This document shows positions 15,896-28,682 of a stretch of 64,000 nucleotides of DNA, piece by piece (position 1 is the stretch's first letter; each line of letters opens with the position of its first letter). The DNA is from the human T2T-CHM13v2.0 reference genome, Homo sapiens, in assembly GCF_009914755.1 (NCBI RefSeq), contig NC_060927.1, one strand, 5' to 3'. The position numbers were made by a program, and so were the translations under genes. The notes beneath the pieces are model-generated. The model was given only the letters and a program-made list of their open reading frames with translations. It was not told the DNA's origin and did not search any database.

Positions 15896-17554
15896 AAACT
15901 ACCAAATTGTTTGCTGCAATGGCTATATGCCATAGAGAGTCCCAGGAGTGGAGATGGGCTGTCGGGGAGGAGAGGAAGCCAGGGAGGAAAGCATCCCCTG
16001 CAGTCACCCAGAAGGGAGAGAACATGGCCTGGCCTGGGGTGTCTGTGAAGCTGGAGAGCATCTGTCTGCAGTGCTAGTGAATGAATAAATGTACTGTGGG
16101 TCCCCGGTCCCCTGCAGAGCTGTCTCCAGTACTGACACCTTCCCTGTCTGTCCAGTTCTGGGGCAGTTTTGCTGTGCCCACTGAGGGAGAAGAGGAAGTG
16201 AGCCCAGGCACTTGCCACCCACAGACCACATCCTGCAAGGGTTTCCTGGGGTCCACTGTGCTCCAGGCCCCATGCTGGGACTGCTTGGCATCCCCGCTTC
16301 CTGCGTGCTCCCTTTCTGGGGCTCCAAGTTTGGCAGAGACCCAGGTTGCAGAAGGGCAATGGGCAAAGTGCTTGGCAGGAGGGAGCAGCAAGGGTGAAGG
16401 CCTGGAGGCAAGAAAGCCTGGAGCACACAGGTGGCAGGGGTAGGTGGGGGTCCTGCTTTCCAGAGTGTTAGACTGTGTGCCAGGGACCTGGCTCAACGCT
16501 TCACATCAATCATCTCCACTCACTCCACACAACAATCTGCAGGAGAGGGGTTATGATTAATCAGGCTGTACAAATCAAGAAACCAAGGCACAGAGAGGTC
16601 ACATTATTCACTCTAGGTCACACAGCCCATGAGGGATGGAGCTGAGATTTGCAGGCAGGCAAGAGGAGGGTAGTGGGCAGGAAGCAGATCCCTGAAGGCC
16701 CAGATGCTCTGACAAGGCTCTGCAGCCACCTACACACCCAGGGACGTGGACACACTGCAGTGTGCCCAGGAAATGCTGGCCAGGTCAGGGAGGCAGCCAC
16801 TCAGCAGCCCCGCCACTGACCCTTGGTCTCTTCAGGGCTGCTCCCAGGGATGATGTTCTGAGAGTTGTAAGAGGCCGACCAGACAATCCTCGATCTCCAG
16901 CAGGATCCCTGAGCTGGCCAGGTGGCCCAGCGTGGGCTGCACCTCCCACAGGCATTGCAACAACTCTTGTTGGTGGCCTGATAGACGAGACAAACTCTTC
17001 CCTAGAAAGGGGCGAGAAGTTTTGTTCAAAGTCCTAGATCAATTTTATTTTACTGTTGAGAGCTGCTAAAGAAAGTAATCATAAAGTAGGCTTTGAAAAA
17101 TTTCGTTCACTGCCTCTACGTGGACGGCTGTAGACTACAGCCTGAAAATTGGCCCTCCGGGAGCTCTGTCCAGCAATCGATTTTCATTCTTGAAATGAGA
17201 AGAATTAGTCCCAGTGGAATTTCAGGCTAGTCTATGGTTCTGAGGGGAACCTCGGCCTGGCTTTCCTTGAAGCTCCCTTCTTGTTGCCAAAGCTTTCCAT
17301 TTCCCTTGGTACTCACAGTTATCTTTGAGGGGGCAGGGTGCACAAAGTGCATCATGGGTCTCAAATTCAGCTCCCTGCAAGGGCCGGTAGGTGACAGAAA
17401 AGAGCAAACTAGCTAGGAGGGAGCTGTGGCACCCTGGGGAGCCCATGTGAGAGGGTGGCTAATGCCCCTCAGCTCCAGGACATTGTAGACAGGGGGTTAA
17501 TGGGCCTGGGTGGCCCCATTTTGCCATATTTCAAGATAAACCAGGCATTCAGAT

Positions 17555-17780
17555 TTTGTTGTTGTTGTTGTTGTTTGGAGACAGGGTCTTGCTCTCGCAC
17601 CTAGGCTGGAGTGCAGTGGTGTAGTCATAGCTTACCGCAGCCTTCACCTCCCGGGCTCAAGTGATCCTCCTGCCTCAGCCTCCTGAGTAGCTGGGACCAT
17701 AGGCATGCACCACCATACCCGGCGAATTTCTAAAAAAAATTTTCATAGAGATGGAATTTTACTTTGTTGCCCAGCCTGGC
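17555..17780 (-). mobile_element. Alu (J-like), 5'-truncated
   Basis: (TTG)n tail, right arm and linker. Confidence 0.88.
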
Positions 17781-18284
17781 CAGATTTTTTAAATGTGAAA
17801 TCTTCCAAGCTTTTATTCATAAAAATTAACTCCAAACACATTAAAGCTCAGTGACAGCCAAAGAAGCACATCTGGGAGCTGGATTCGGTTTAAGGCCTCC
17901 AGTTCGAGACTTCTCCTCTCCTCAGAATGGCTCATTGAGGCAGGGTGTATTTTATCTCATATTACAATGAGGAAACTGAGGCTCAGAGAGCAGGCCTGCA
18001 GGCCCAAGTCACACAACTGGGAAGCCACAGGGCTGAGGTGGAGCTAGGGTCTGTGGCCTCCCGCACTGAGCTCTCTCCACCCTGTGCATGCCTCTAGCTT
18101 TGGCATTGGCTCCTCCTGGCCCCTTCTCCGGTCTGACCATCCCTTTTCCACCTCATCTGCCACCTCTCCCTGGGGCTGAGGTTGGGGCTCTTCTTGCCTC
18201 CTTCTCCTCCTTTCTCTCCTTGGGGCTGGGTTTTTTTGTCTGGCAATCGCCCACCCAGAATCCCCTCATTCAAGATTGTAACCT

Positions 18285-18500
18285 CTGGAGCCAGGTGGCC
18301 TAGGTTTGAATTCCAGCTCTACTATCTGCCAGCTGAGTGACCTTGGGGAAGTTACTTAACTTCTCTGTGGCTCGGTTTTACCTTCTATAAAACGGAAGAA
18401 ATAATTGTACCAATCTCATAGGGGTGTTGTCGGGATGAAAAGGGTTAACTTATTAAAATGCATTTAACTGTGCAGGGTACATAGTTAAGTGCCAAAGAAA
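18285..18500 (+). mobile_element. MIR
   Basis: ggtttgaattccagctctac...tgaccttggggaagttacttaacttctctgtggctcggttt core. Confidence 0.75.
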
Positions 18501-18510
18501 AGTAAGTTAA

Positions 18511-18806
<296 letters not shown>

Positions 18807-19735
18807 AAAAGTACGTTAAAATAAATGCAGCAAACACTTATTGAGTACCTACTGTGTGTCAGGCCTATGATAGACTCCAGGAGTTGATGGAGGCAAAAGA
18901 ACAGATCCCATCCCTCATGGAGCTGGTAACTGGATAGATGGTTCACTCGTGTGTCTTGCGCTGGCACTACCTGCATGAGGCTCCGCTGGCCTACCTGGAG
19001 GTCAAAGGATCCCATGGGCCTTTCCAAGTTGCAGCTCTGAACACACAACTCTTCCCTCCTCCCACAGCCACTGCCCTTGCTCACTCTCTCAGACCCTCAA
19101 GCTCAGCCCTGCCACCAACAACCTTGCTCTCAGGCCTTCGCACGGCAGGCACCTCTGCTAGAACTTGCTTCCTCTCCTGCCGGCTTCACTGCTCGTGGCT
19201 TAGTCAAAGCCTCCTTTTGGTTCAAACTTCAATCCTGGAGTCCCCTCCCCACGCTAGGACCTGCCCCTTTGCTTCAGTCTTTGTGCCCTGTGCGACCACA
19301 CATGCACAGGGCGTCTGAGGAGTTTTTGCTTGACGTCTATTCCTGCAGTTCATGAGGGAACCTCATAGCTGAAGCAGAGGGATGTGGGAGACCCAGTCAC
19401 TCCTCTTCCTCAGCTTTCGTTTGCTCACCTATAAAAGGGTACAGTGACCCTGAACTCAAAGGAGAGTGCTCAGGTGGCCAGAAGCAGATGTCACGTGGGC
19501 CACTGGGACCCTAGAGGCACTGCTGATCCCCAGGTGCTTCCTGGAGGAAGGGGCCACCCGGGGCCCGCAGAGAAGGGTGGGAAGGGTGACAGGAAGGCAA
19601 GGAAGGGCATGTGCCCAGTGGTCCTCGTCTGTCTTGGCTGGAGCCAGTATGAGGAGCACCCACTGGAAGGTCAGGTTGGAGTCCGATGGCAGGGGCCTCC
19701 AGGGAGAGCCAGTGTCACTTCGGGATGCTCCTTAG

Positions 19736-20136
<401 letters not shown>

Positions 20137-20206
20137 GGTATTTCTTCTTTCATTCTCCGTGTAAATGGTGGAAGGATCGGCTCTCTCCTCCCCGCCTCCC
20201 AGGTGC

Positions 20207-20228
20207 AGAGAGAGAGAGAGAGAGAGAG
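20207..20228. repeat. (AG)n microsatellite
   Basis: About 11 AG units. Confidence 0.9.
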
Positions 20229-20365
20229 GGACAGGAGAAGGCTGGGGTTCGGGGTTCTCACAGCGTTTCCCTCTCATGCTGCCAGGGCGGGGCAGTGGAA
20301 AATGGTCCCTGAGGGCCCGTTCATTCAAATAAGGACAAGAATAATGGCACACTCCCCATCTCCAT

Positions 20366-20375
20366 TTAAAAATAG
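20366..20375 (+). promoter_or_regulatory. MEF2 consensus site
   Basis: TTAAAAATAG matches YTAWWWWTAR, ~0.8 kb upstream of the TSS; motif match only. Confidence 0.4.
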
Positions 20376-20379
20376 TCAC

Positions 20380-20600
20380 ATTAGCTGACACTGGCTTGGC
20401 ACTTCCTAGATGCCGGGTGCGTTCCGAGTTCTCTACGCTGTTAACCTTGGATCTTCATAACAGCCGGAGGAGACAAGCGCTACTATTTTCCTTTCCATTT
20501 TATAGATGAGGACACTGAGGCAGAGAAATTGAGTCACTTGCCCAGGGTCACACAGCCATGGCAAGGCCAGGATTCTGGAGCTCTGTACCTGGCTTCACAC
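20380..20600 (-). mobile_element. MIR next to the promoter
   Basis: ccattttatagatgaggacactgaggcagagaaattgagtcacttgcccagggtcacacagc. Confidence 0.75.
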
Positions 20601-20893
20601 CACAAGCTCAGGCCACCCTCCCGGGGCATACCGAGTCTCCCAGAACGTGGACGATCGCCCAGGGCAACGCAGTGGAGTGCGAGCCCGGTCTGGTTTGCAC
20701 CTGGCTGCTCCAGGAGCCCTGGGCCTCATCCTAGGAGCCTGGCGGAAGAGGCGAGCGGTGGAGTTTGGAGGCTGCTGTGAAGGAAAGGACTAGGCGGGTC
20801 GGGTCGGGTCTGTCCTGCTCTTCTTCCGCAGGCAGGAGGCGCCCAGGGCGGGCTGCCGCACCTGGCAACGAACGTTCGCCGCGCGGCATGAGG

Positions 20894-21000
20894 GTGTGCG
20901 CGCGCGCTCGGCGAGCCCGGGTTCTTTGTGTGTCCGAGCCCATGCGCGCGTGCGTGTTTGCGTGTATGTGTGTGCATGTGTATGTGTGCGCGCGTGTGTC
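20894..21000. repeat. Alternating purine-pyrimidine (TG/CG) tract
   Basis: gtgtgcgcgcgcgc...catgcgcgcgtgcgtg...gtgtatgtgtgtgcatgtgtatgtgtgcgcgcgtgtgt. Confidence 0.85.
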
Positions 21001-21007
21001 CGCACTT

Positions 21008-21049
21008 GGGGCGGGGCTGGAAGCCCCGGCCCCGCCCCGGCCCCGCCCC
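21008..21049. promoter_or_regulatory. Three Sp/KLF GC boxes
   Basis: GGGGCGGGGC 21008-21017; GCCCCGCCCC 21029-21038 and 21040-21049. Confidence 0.8.
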
Positions 21050-21065
21050 CGGCCCGGCCGAGCTG

Positions 21066-21076
21066 GTATTTTTCCA
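21066..21076 (-). promoter_or_regulatory. TonE (NFAT5/TonEBP) osmotic response element
   Basis: Minus strand reads TGGAAAAATAC, matching consensus TGGAAANNYNY, about 100-110 nt upstream of the TATA-predicted TSS; TauT is an established TonEBP target. Confidence 0.8.
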
Positions 21077-21147
21077 CCCAGCAGGATGGGTGATGCTGAG
21101 AGCTGCCTGCTCAGACAACAGACACGCGAGGTCAGGAAGAAGCCGCT

Positions 21148-21153
21148 TATAAA
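21148..21153 (+). promoter_or_regulatory. TATA box
   Basis: TATAAA, an isolated AT-rich element in the island, downstream of GC boxes. Confidence 0.75.
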
Positions 21154-21177
21154 TTACCGCTTCCTTCGCGCCGCCGC

Positions 21178-21339
21178 CAACGCCGAGCCCCGAGGACCGC
21201 AAGCCCAGAGGACAAGCTGCGCCAAGAGGGAGTGCGGAGCGTTCACCCAGCGGGTCAGAGAGCGAGCGGGCAGGCAGCCCCCGGCCGGCGGAACCCGGCA
21301 CAGCCGAGCAGAGCGCGGGCGGCGCCGCAGCCACCCCAG
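21178..21339 (+). other. SLC6A6: Exon 1 (5' end inferred ~30 nt after the TATA box; some transcripts may start ~100 nt further upstream)
   Basis: Lies in the CpG island downstream of TATAAA; donor CAG|GTACCG at 21340; matches the recalled mRNA leader. Confidence 0.85.
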
Positions 21340-21566
21340 GTACCGGAGGGACCGGGAGCTGGGCGCGCAGCCGGCGCTGCCCGCCGTCTGCAGCCCCTCC
21401 CCATCCCCGCGTCGCCGCAGTCCCGGCCTCCTCCCCTCCGCGTGCGCCCATCCGGCGCCCCTTTCACCACCGCGGAAGGGACCGAGAGTCGCCTGCTCAG
21501 TCCCGCTGGCGGGGCTGTTATTGTTTCCCCGGCAAAAGGGCTCCGGCTCTTGGTGCGGGCGGCAGG

Positions 21567-21570
<4 letters not shown>

Positions 21571-21608
<38 letters not shown>
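21571..21608. repeat. (TG)19 microsatellite followed by a degenerate TG-rich tract to ~21960
   Basis: Directly visible. Confidence 0.97.
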
Positions 21609-21609
<1 letters not shown>

Positions 21610-24600
21610 CATATCTGTGTGCCTGTCTCCGTCAGGATGCCTACATGTGCCTCCGTATCCCTGTGTCTGTGTTTCTGAGGGTGACTGTTTCACCGTGTCC
21701 CCAGCAGCGTGCACATGTGTGTTCCGGTGCATGTCTGTTATTCTCTGCGTGCTGGGCTGTGTGTGTGTGCCTCTCTGTGTGTGATACCTGAGTGTGCTGT
21801 CTTTGGATGTGTGCTCTTGTGTGTCCCCGTTTGTGTCTGCATGAATCTGTGTGTGGGGGGCTGCGTCTTCCAGGCCCTGGCTAGGTGCACGTGCGTGTCC
21901 CTGAGTGTGGTTGTGTCTCCAGGTCCCTGGTTGTGGGCACTCGTGTGTCCTCGGCTGTACCCAAGAGGGTGTCCCTGGTGCCTAGAGGGTCCAATGGCCA
22001 GAGCTGGTTCTCCAGGGCCGGCGCTGAGTGGGGAGAGGTGATAGGGCAGCGTGGCTCCATAGGTGCATGCACTCCATAGGTGGTGTGCAGGTGGCAGCGC
22101 CAGCGTCCAGCAGTCCTGAGTGGTGGGACCAAGGCCCGGAGGGGCAGCCAAGGGGTAGTGGACAGCCGGCAGGGCCAGCAGGACACTTCCCCCTCCAGAC
22201 TATTTCTCTTCCTTCTGTGGGTTCCTCTTTTGAGTAGGAGATTCTCGTCCCCCTCCCACTAGGGAAGCCACACAGAGAGAATTCCAGGGACCTCCTCCTA
22301 CAGCCTCAAAGCTTCAGCCTGGACTTCAGCCTGGACTGGAGAGGAGACCTGTGGGCAGCTCTCCCAGGCAGGGAGGTGTGTGCCGGGTAGGGCCACCGGC
22401 CTGGCTATTTTGGTCACTGTTGGGCCTCTGCCAGATCCCGGCATCCCCAGGACCAGCCCCAAAAGCTTGGGAGGCAGCCTGGGCCCCCGTTTCCTGTCTG
22501 GGGAAATAAATCAGCTCAGTAATTGCCCAGACACTTGAATGGAGGGTCTTCGGGCTGAGGTTTACTGGCGCATGGCTCCATTTGGACTTCACTAAATTGG
22601 CCCCCGCTTTGGCACAGCTGACGTTCAAGTAAATGTCACTGAGGAGATCTTTTTAAAATTTCTTTTTAATTTTTTGTTGGCTAGAAGGGAGGGGATCTTG
22701 TCCAGAGTCTCCTAGCCAGAAGGAGTTTATTTTTATGAGAGAGAGAGCGGGTGAGTGCTTAGCAACCACCTGCCTCCCTCTCGACCAGGGAGTCACCCAG
22801 GGATTGTGGGGTGGGCATGAGGAGGTGGGGTGGGGGAGGAATTTCATCAAGATGGTGTTGGAGAGGATCCAAAGGGGGCCTAGCACGGCTAAGAACCCCC
22901 AACAGGGTGGGACTGGTAGAATGGTGGGAGGTGTTAGGCCTGGCTCAGCCCCCAGTTGACCTTGGGCAACCCTTTTTCTGCCTCAGTTTCCTTACCTGTA
23001 AAATGGGTGGGGCAGACTGGTTATAGAGTAAACCAGGGACCAGAGGTAGGAGCTTGTCCCCAGGGAACTGATTTAAGTCCTATGCTTTGTTTTAATGGGT
23101 GGGTGACCTTGGTTGATTCCCTTGGTTTCTTTGAGCCTCGGCTTGGCTGCCTGGGCAGCAAGGACACCAGTGCCGGCCTCACTACGTCCTTGAGGGGATT
23201 GAGGGAGATGAGGCTGAATAAGCTTGTAGTAAGCTGTAAAGCCGGGCTCGGCTGTAGAGCTGCTGATTAGAGGGTGTCACGAGGTCCTGGGTCACTGTGG
23301 TGTATGGCAAGGGCCAAGGTGCATTCTGGAGGCTTTGTCCTTTGGGGACACCCTTGTACTAACCCATGGCTCAGCTGCAATCATCCTCCCCTGCCTCCTT
23401 CCCGTCACCTCAACCTGTGGTGATTGGACCACATCTGCTTTTCAGAGTCTGGAGGCCTGGTGAGCAGTACCCATTTTATAGATGGACAAACTGAGAGCCA
23501 CCTAAGGGACTTTGCCTTGATTGGACAAAATTAAGTTTCAAAAGGTTTTCCCTAGCTCAGCTGTGAGTTTTGGCCCCATGGGGCTTTGGTCACTGATATC
23601 CTCGGGAGTTGAAATTGAACCGGGGCCTGGGGAAAATGAGGAACAAAGGTGTCCCAGTCCTTAGGGCAGGAAAGTGAGCCTATGGGACCCATTTGCACCT
23701 TGCTTCTGTCCCTAGTTACTCATTCTCCCTTCCTTGTGCCTTCCCCTGAGCCCTGCTACCCATTCTGCTGCAGGGGTCAGCCCTCCACAAGGCAGTCCGG
23801 GCTCTGGGGACTCTGTTTTCTAACCTGAACTTGTCCGCCTGTCAGTTTGTCAAAGGATTTGGGAGCTGTACTTCTCTGAAAGTCTTTCCAAAAGTCCTGA
23901 ATGATAAGAAACTTGTGAGTCATTGAACACATTCCCGTATATAGAAAAAGCTGAGAAGTAAATTATAAGGGCTCCCCAGAATGCAGCTTAGCTGCAGCCA
24001 GAGGGGGTCTGCCTGGGAATTGGGGTTGGCCTGAAATCCCAGGGCCACCCTGGCAGGTACATGCTGATTCCCCACTTCTGCAGAAGGTCATGAGCAAGAG
24101 TCAGATTCTTTGGGGCTGCATCTCATTTTCCTGTGTTTGCCAACTTGGCCAGAGCGTTCGTTTGAATTTATGGGTTCTGGGCAGGAGCTGTGGATCTGGA
24201 AATGCCTAAGGAAGCCTTCAAGTGAGAATGAGAGCGCTTTTTTAATGTGCTTCATTTAGTTGATTAATAGACCTTGGTTAAGGTCAGCTCTGGGCTGGCA
24301 CTGGGTTCAAGGTAGAGTGTTGGCTTTCTAGGAGCTCCTGTCCCAGAGGTAGAAGCATGTGGTAACTGCAATGGCCATTACCATCCGTAGGATACAGTGA
24401 AGAAGACCCAAGGAGCAGCTGAGTGTGCAGTGAGGGTGGGGTAGTGGGCAGGAGGCACTTTCGCTTCCTAGAGGACACAGTGTCGGAGTTGCCATTGTCT
24501 GTGGGTGGAGAAACAGGATGGGCTGGCATTCTCCACAGGGGGCAGAGTAGCCACAAGGGCACAGTGGCGTGAAATAGCCAAGCATGTTTGTAGAACAGGT

Positions 24601-24656
24601 TCCCCGGGTCCTAGCTGGAGAGAGGAATAGGAGCCAGATGGTGGGGAGGGGGGCGT

Positions 24657-24792
24657 TTTATTTTTTCACATATAAAAATAGAGACAGGGTCTTACTATGT
24701 TGCCCAGGATGGTCTCAAGCTCCTGGGCTCAGGCAATCTTCTCGCCTCAGCCTCCCAAGTGTTGATTATAGGTGTGAGCCACCGTGCCAGCC
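24657..24792 (-). mobile_element. Alu left monomer (FLAM-like)
   Basis: Antisense left arm only. Confidence 0.85.
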
Positions 24793-25429
24793 GGAGGGCC
24801 TTGAATGCTGTGTAAGTGGGTTTGGGCTTTCTCCTGATGGCAGCAGGAGTCATACTGGGTTTAAGGATAGTGGGGCAGAAGCCAGTCAAGCCTGGAGCCC
24901 AGGAGAACCCTGATGGTGAGTAAGGAACGGAACTGGGGTCCAGGAGACCGAGAGTCACCGAGCCACTAAGCATTTTCTGTACCAATGAGTCTTGCCCTGA
25001 ACTCTTTCTGTAAACATGGGGGTGAAGGCCTGGACATGCTATTTAACCGGTACACAGGCCATTAACTTGCTGGCTTTGACCTCCCTGGAGCACACAGCCC
25101 TAGTGTCTCTAGGTGAGTTATGCCAGTCCTGGACAGGTCTGCGGAGTTTCCTTTCCTGCCTTACCTGGTCAGAGGCTTCATTTGGAAACCTGGGCAGAGG
25201 CTGATGCCAAGGGTGGGAGTTAGGGTTACGAGAGGGAAAGCAGAGAGAGTGAGGAATTGCTGTTCTGTTTCTAAAGCTCCAGCGTTGTGTGGCCAACCAC
25301 CCTTCTCTTGGAAAAACCAACATACAAATAATAAACCACCTGAAACAAAAGAGTGGGGAGGGAATGATGGGGGAGGCAGGTGGGCTGCCCTAACTGTGGT
25401 CAGGTATCAGAATTGCCTGGGATACTTAA

Positions 25430-25795
<366 letters not shown>

Positions 25796-25799
25796 TAAA

Positions 25800-26680
25800 A
25801 AATGTTTTTTAAATTGAGTTATGATTTACATGCAGTAATATGCAAAGATTCTGTTACGGTTTGATGAGTTTTGACAAATGTATACACCTGTGTAACCACC
25901 ACCCAAATCAAGATATAGAACATTTCCAGCACCTCAGAAAGTTGTCTTGTGCTCCTCACCTCACAAGACAGCCACTTTCTCCGTTTTCTTTTTCTTTTTT
26001 TTTTTTTTTGAGACAGAGTCTTATTCTGTTTCCCAGGCTGGAGTGCAGTGGCATGATCTCTACTGCAGCCTCGACCTCCCCAGTCTCAGATGATCCTCTC
26101 ACCTCACTTCCCAAGTAGCTGGGACTACAGGCGCACGCCACCACACCTGGCTAGTTTCTTTTGTATTTCTTGTAGAGACAGGGTTTTGCTGTGTTGCCAG
26201 GCTGGTGTCAAACTACTAGGCTTAAACGATCCACCCTTGCGGGCCTCCCAGAGTGCTGGGATTACAGGCATGCCCCACCATACCAGGCCCACTTTCTGAT
26301 TTCTGTCACCATAAATTAGTTTTGCCAGTCTAAATCCTCATATAAATGGACTTATTTAGTGTATACTCTTTTGTCCATTTTTTTCTGCCTCACATTGCTG
26401 GGATCCATCTGTGCTGTTGAGTATATCAGGAGTTGATTTTTTTTTTTTATCGCTGAGTAGTCTCCCATTGTATGGATGTTCCACAATGCGTTCATCCATG
26501 CTGTTGATGGACATTTGGATTGTTTCCAGCTGGGGGGCAGCTATTACTAATAAAGCTTCTATGTGCATATTTCTGTACAAGTGTTTTTGTGGACATATAT
26601 TTTCCTTTCTCTAGGACTAGAGCTGCTGGGTTATAAGGTAGTAGATATGTGTTAACTTTTTGAGAAACTGGTAAACCATT
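25800..26680 (-). mobile_element. Old L1 (L1M) 3' fragment interrupted by an Alu
   Basis: gatgagttttgacaaatgtatacacctgtgtaaccaccacccaaatcaagatatagaacatttcc; gttgatggacatttggattgtttccag. Confidence 0.8.
25984..26289 (-). mobile_element. Alu (J-like)
   Basis: Full antisense consensus. Confidence 0.92.
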
Positions 26681-26742
26681 CACTTTTAATTATAAAAGTA
26701 ATATACCTCAAGCAATACGAAACTGCATAAACTAAAAAGTGA

Positions 26743-27090
<348 letters not shown>

Positions 27091-27216
27091 CAGTCTATCA
27101 TATCTCTTTTTAATATAAGGTTATACATTTCCCTCTGCATACAGCTTAAACTTTATCCAGGTGTGCATATGGACATAGACTCCTTTTTGTTACTTACTGG
27201 ATCAGTTTTCACTTGA

Positions 27217-27592
<376 letters not shown>

Positions 27593-28390
27593 AGTTTTGT
27601 TTTGTTTTGAACAAAAATGACATGGTACTGTTCTTGGTTCTGCCACTTGGTCTATCCCAATAGCAGGCCATGTGGACTGCATGTCAGAACACACGGATCT
27701 GCCAGGCCATTCCAAACAGCCAGCCTGCATTTGGGAGCCACTGACTTTGCGTGTCCTGTCTGATCACCCCCAGTGCTGCCAGCTCAGTAAATGAAATACC
27801 CCCACCCAGGACTTGCCCCGGAGGGTGCAGAGGAGCCGGCTGAGCCGATTCAGCATTCTGAGAAGGGAAGGAACTCATATTTATTGAGCATCCACGGTGC
27901 TTTATCCCCCTTCCTGTCTCAGAGATGAGTTCATCAGAAAAATGGGTGGCCCCAGCCCACACTCAGCTAGGAAAGGGTGGAAGGAGCGCTGGACCCAGAG
28001 TCCACCGGATGCCTCAGCCCATCCTCGTCCCACTGACCGCACGGCAAACGTTCATGAGTGCCTACTGTGTGCCAGGCACAGGGCCAGGGCCAAGAGGGCA
28101 GGGAGGAATACACAGCACCTGTGCTCAAGGAGGGAGGGGAGATCCCTATCAGGAGGAGGTTAGTGAACAGTCTCAGATGGTTTATGCCAAGGCAGGCCAA
28201 GGATCCAGTCTGGGAACGCCGCCTCAGGTCTGAGGGAGAGCAGCCCCAGGCTGTGGAGTGTGGGGACTTTGGGGTTGTGGGATCATCCAGTTAACCTTCT
28301 CTGCCCACCCACTTTATGGATGAGGACGCTGAGGCCCAAAGGAGGCACTTATCAACACAGGAAGATAAAGCCATCAAAAGAGCCATTGTT

Positions 28391-28682
28391 GGCCAGGCAC
28401 ACTGGCTCACGTCTGTAATCCCAGCACTTTGGGAGGCCCAGGCGGGCGGATCACGAGGTCAGGAGTTCGAGACCAGCCTGGCCAATATGGTGAAACCCCA
28501 TTTCTACTAAAAATACAAAAATTAGTCAGGTGCAGTGGTGGGCACCTGTAATCCCAGCTGCTTGGGAGGCTGAGGCAGGAGAATCACTTGGGCAGAGGTT
28601 GCAGTGAGCCAACATCTCGCTACTGCCCTCCATCCTATGCGACAGAGTGAGACTCCATCTCAAAAAAAAAAAAAAAAAAAAA
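28391..28682 (+). mobile_element. Alu (S-type) with a small right-arm deletion
   Basis: TSD agccattgtt; pure A tail. Confidence 0.95.

Larger units (their letters stand above)
20700..21565. promoter_or_regulatory. CpG island / SLC6A6 promoter
   Basis: Very high GC and CpG density relative to the CpG-depleted flanks; spans exon 1. Confidence 0.92.

Noticed and set aside
20765-21784. 339-aa ORF and overlapping antisense ORFs across the CpG island
   Set aside because: Stop-poor GC-rich and TG-repeat sequence that runs through the exon 1 donor; only 21086-21339 is retained, as part of the spliced extension hypothesis
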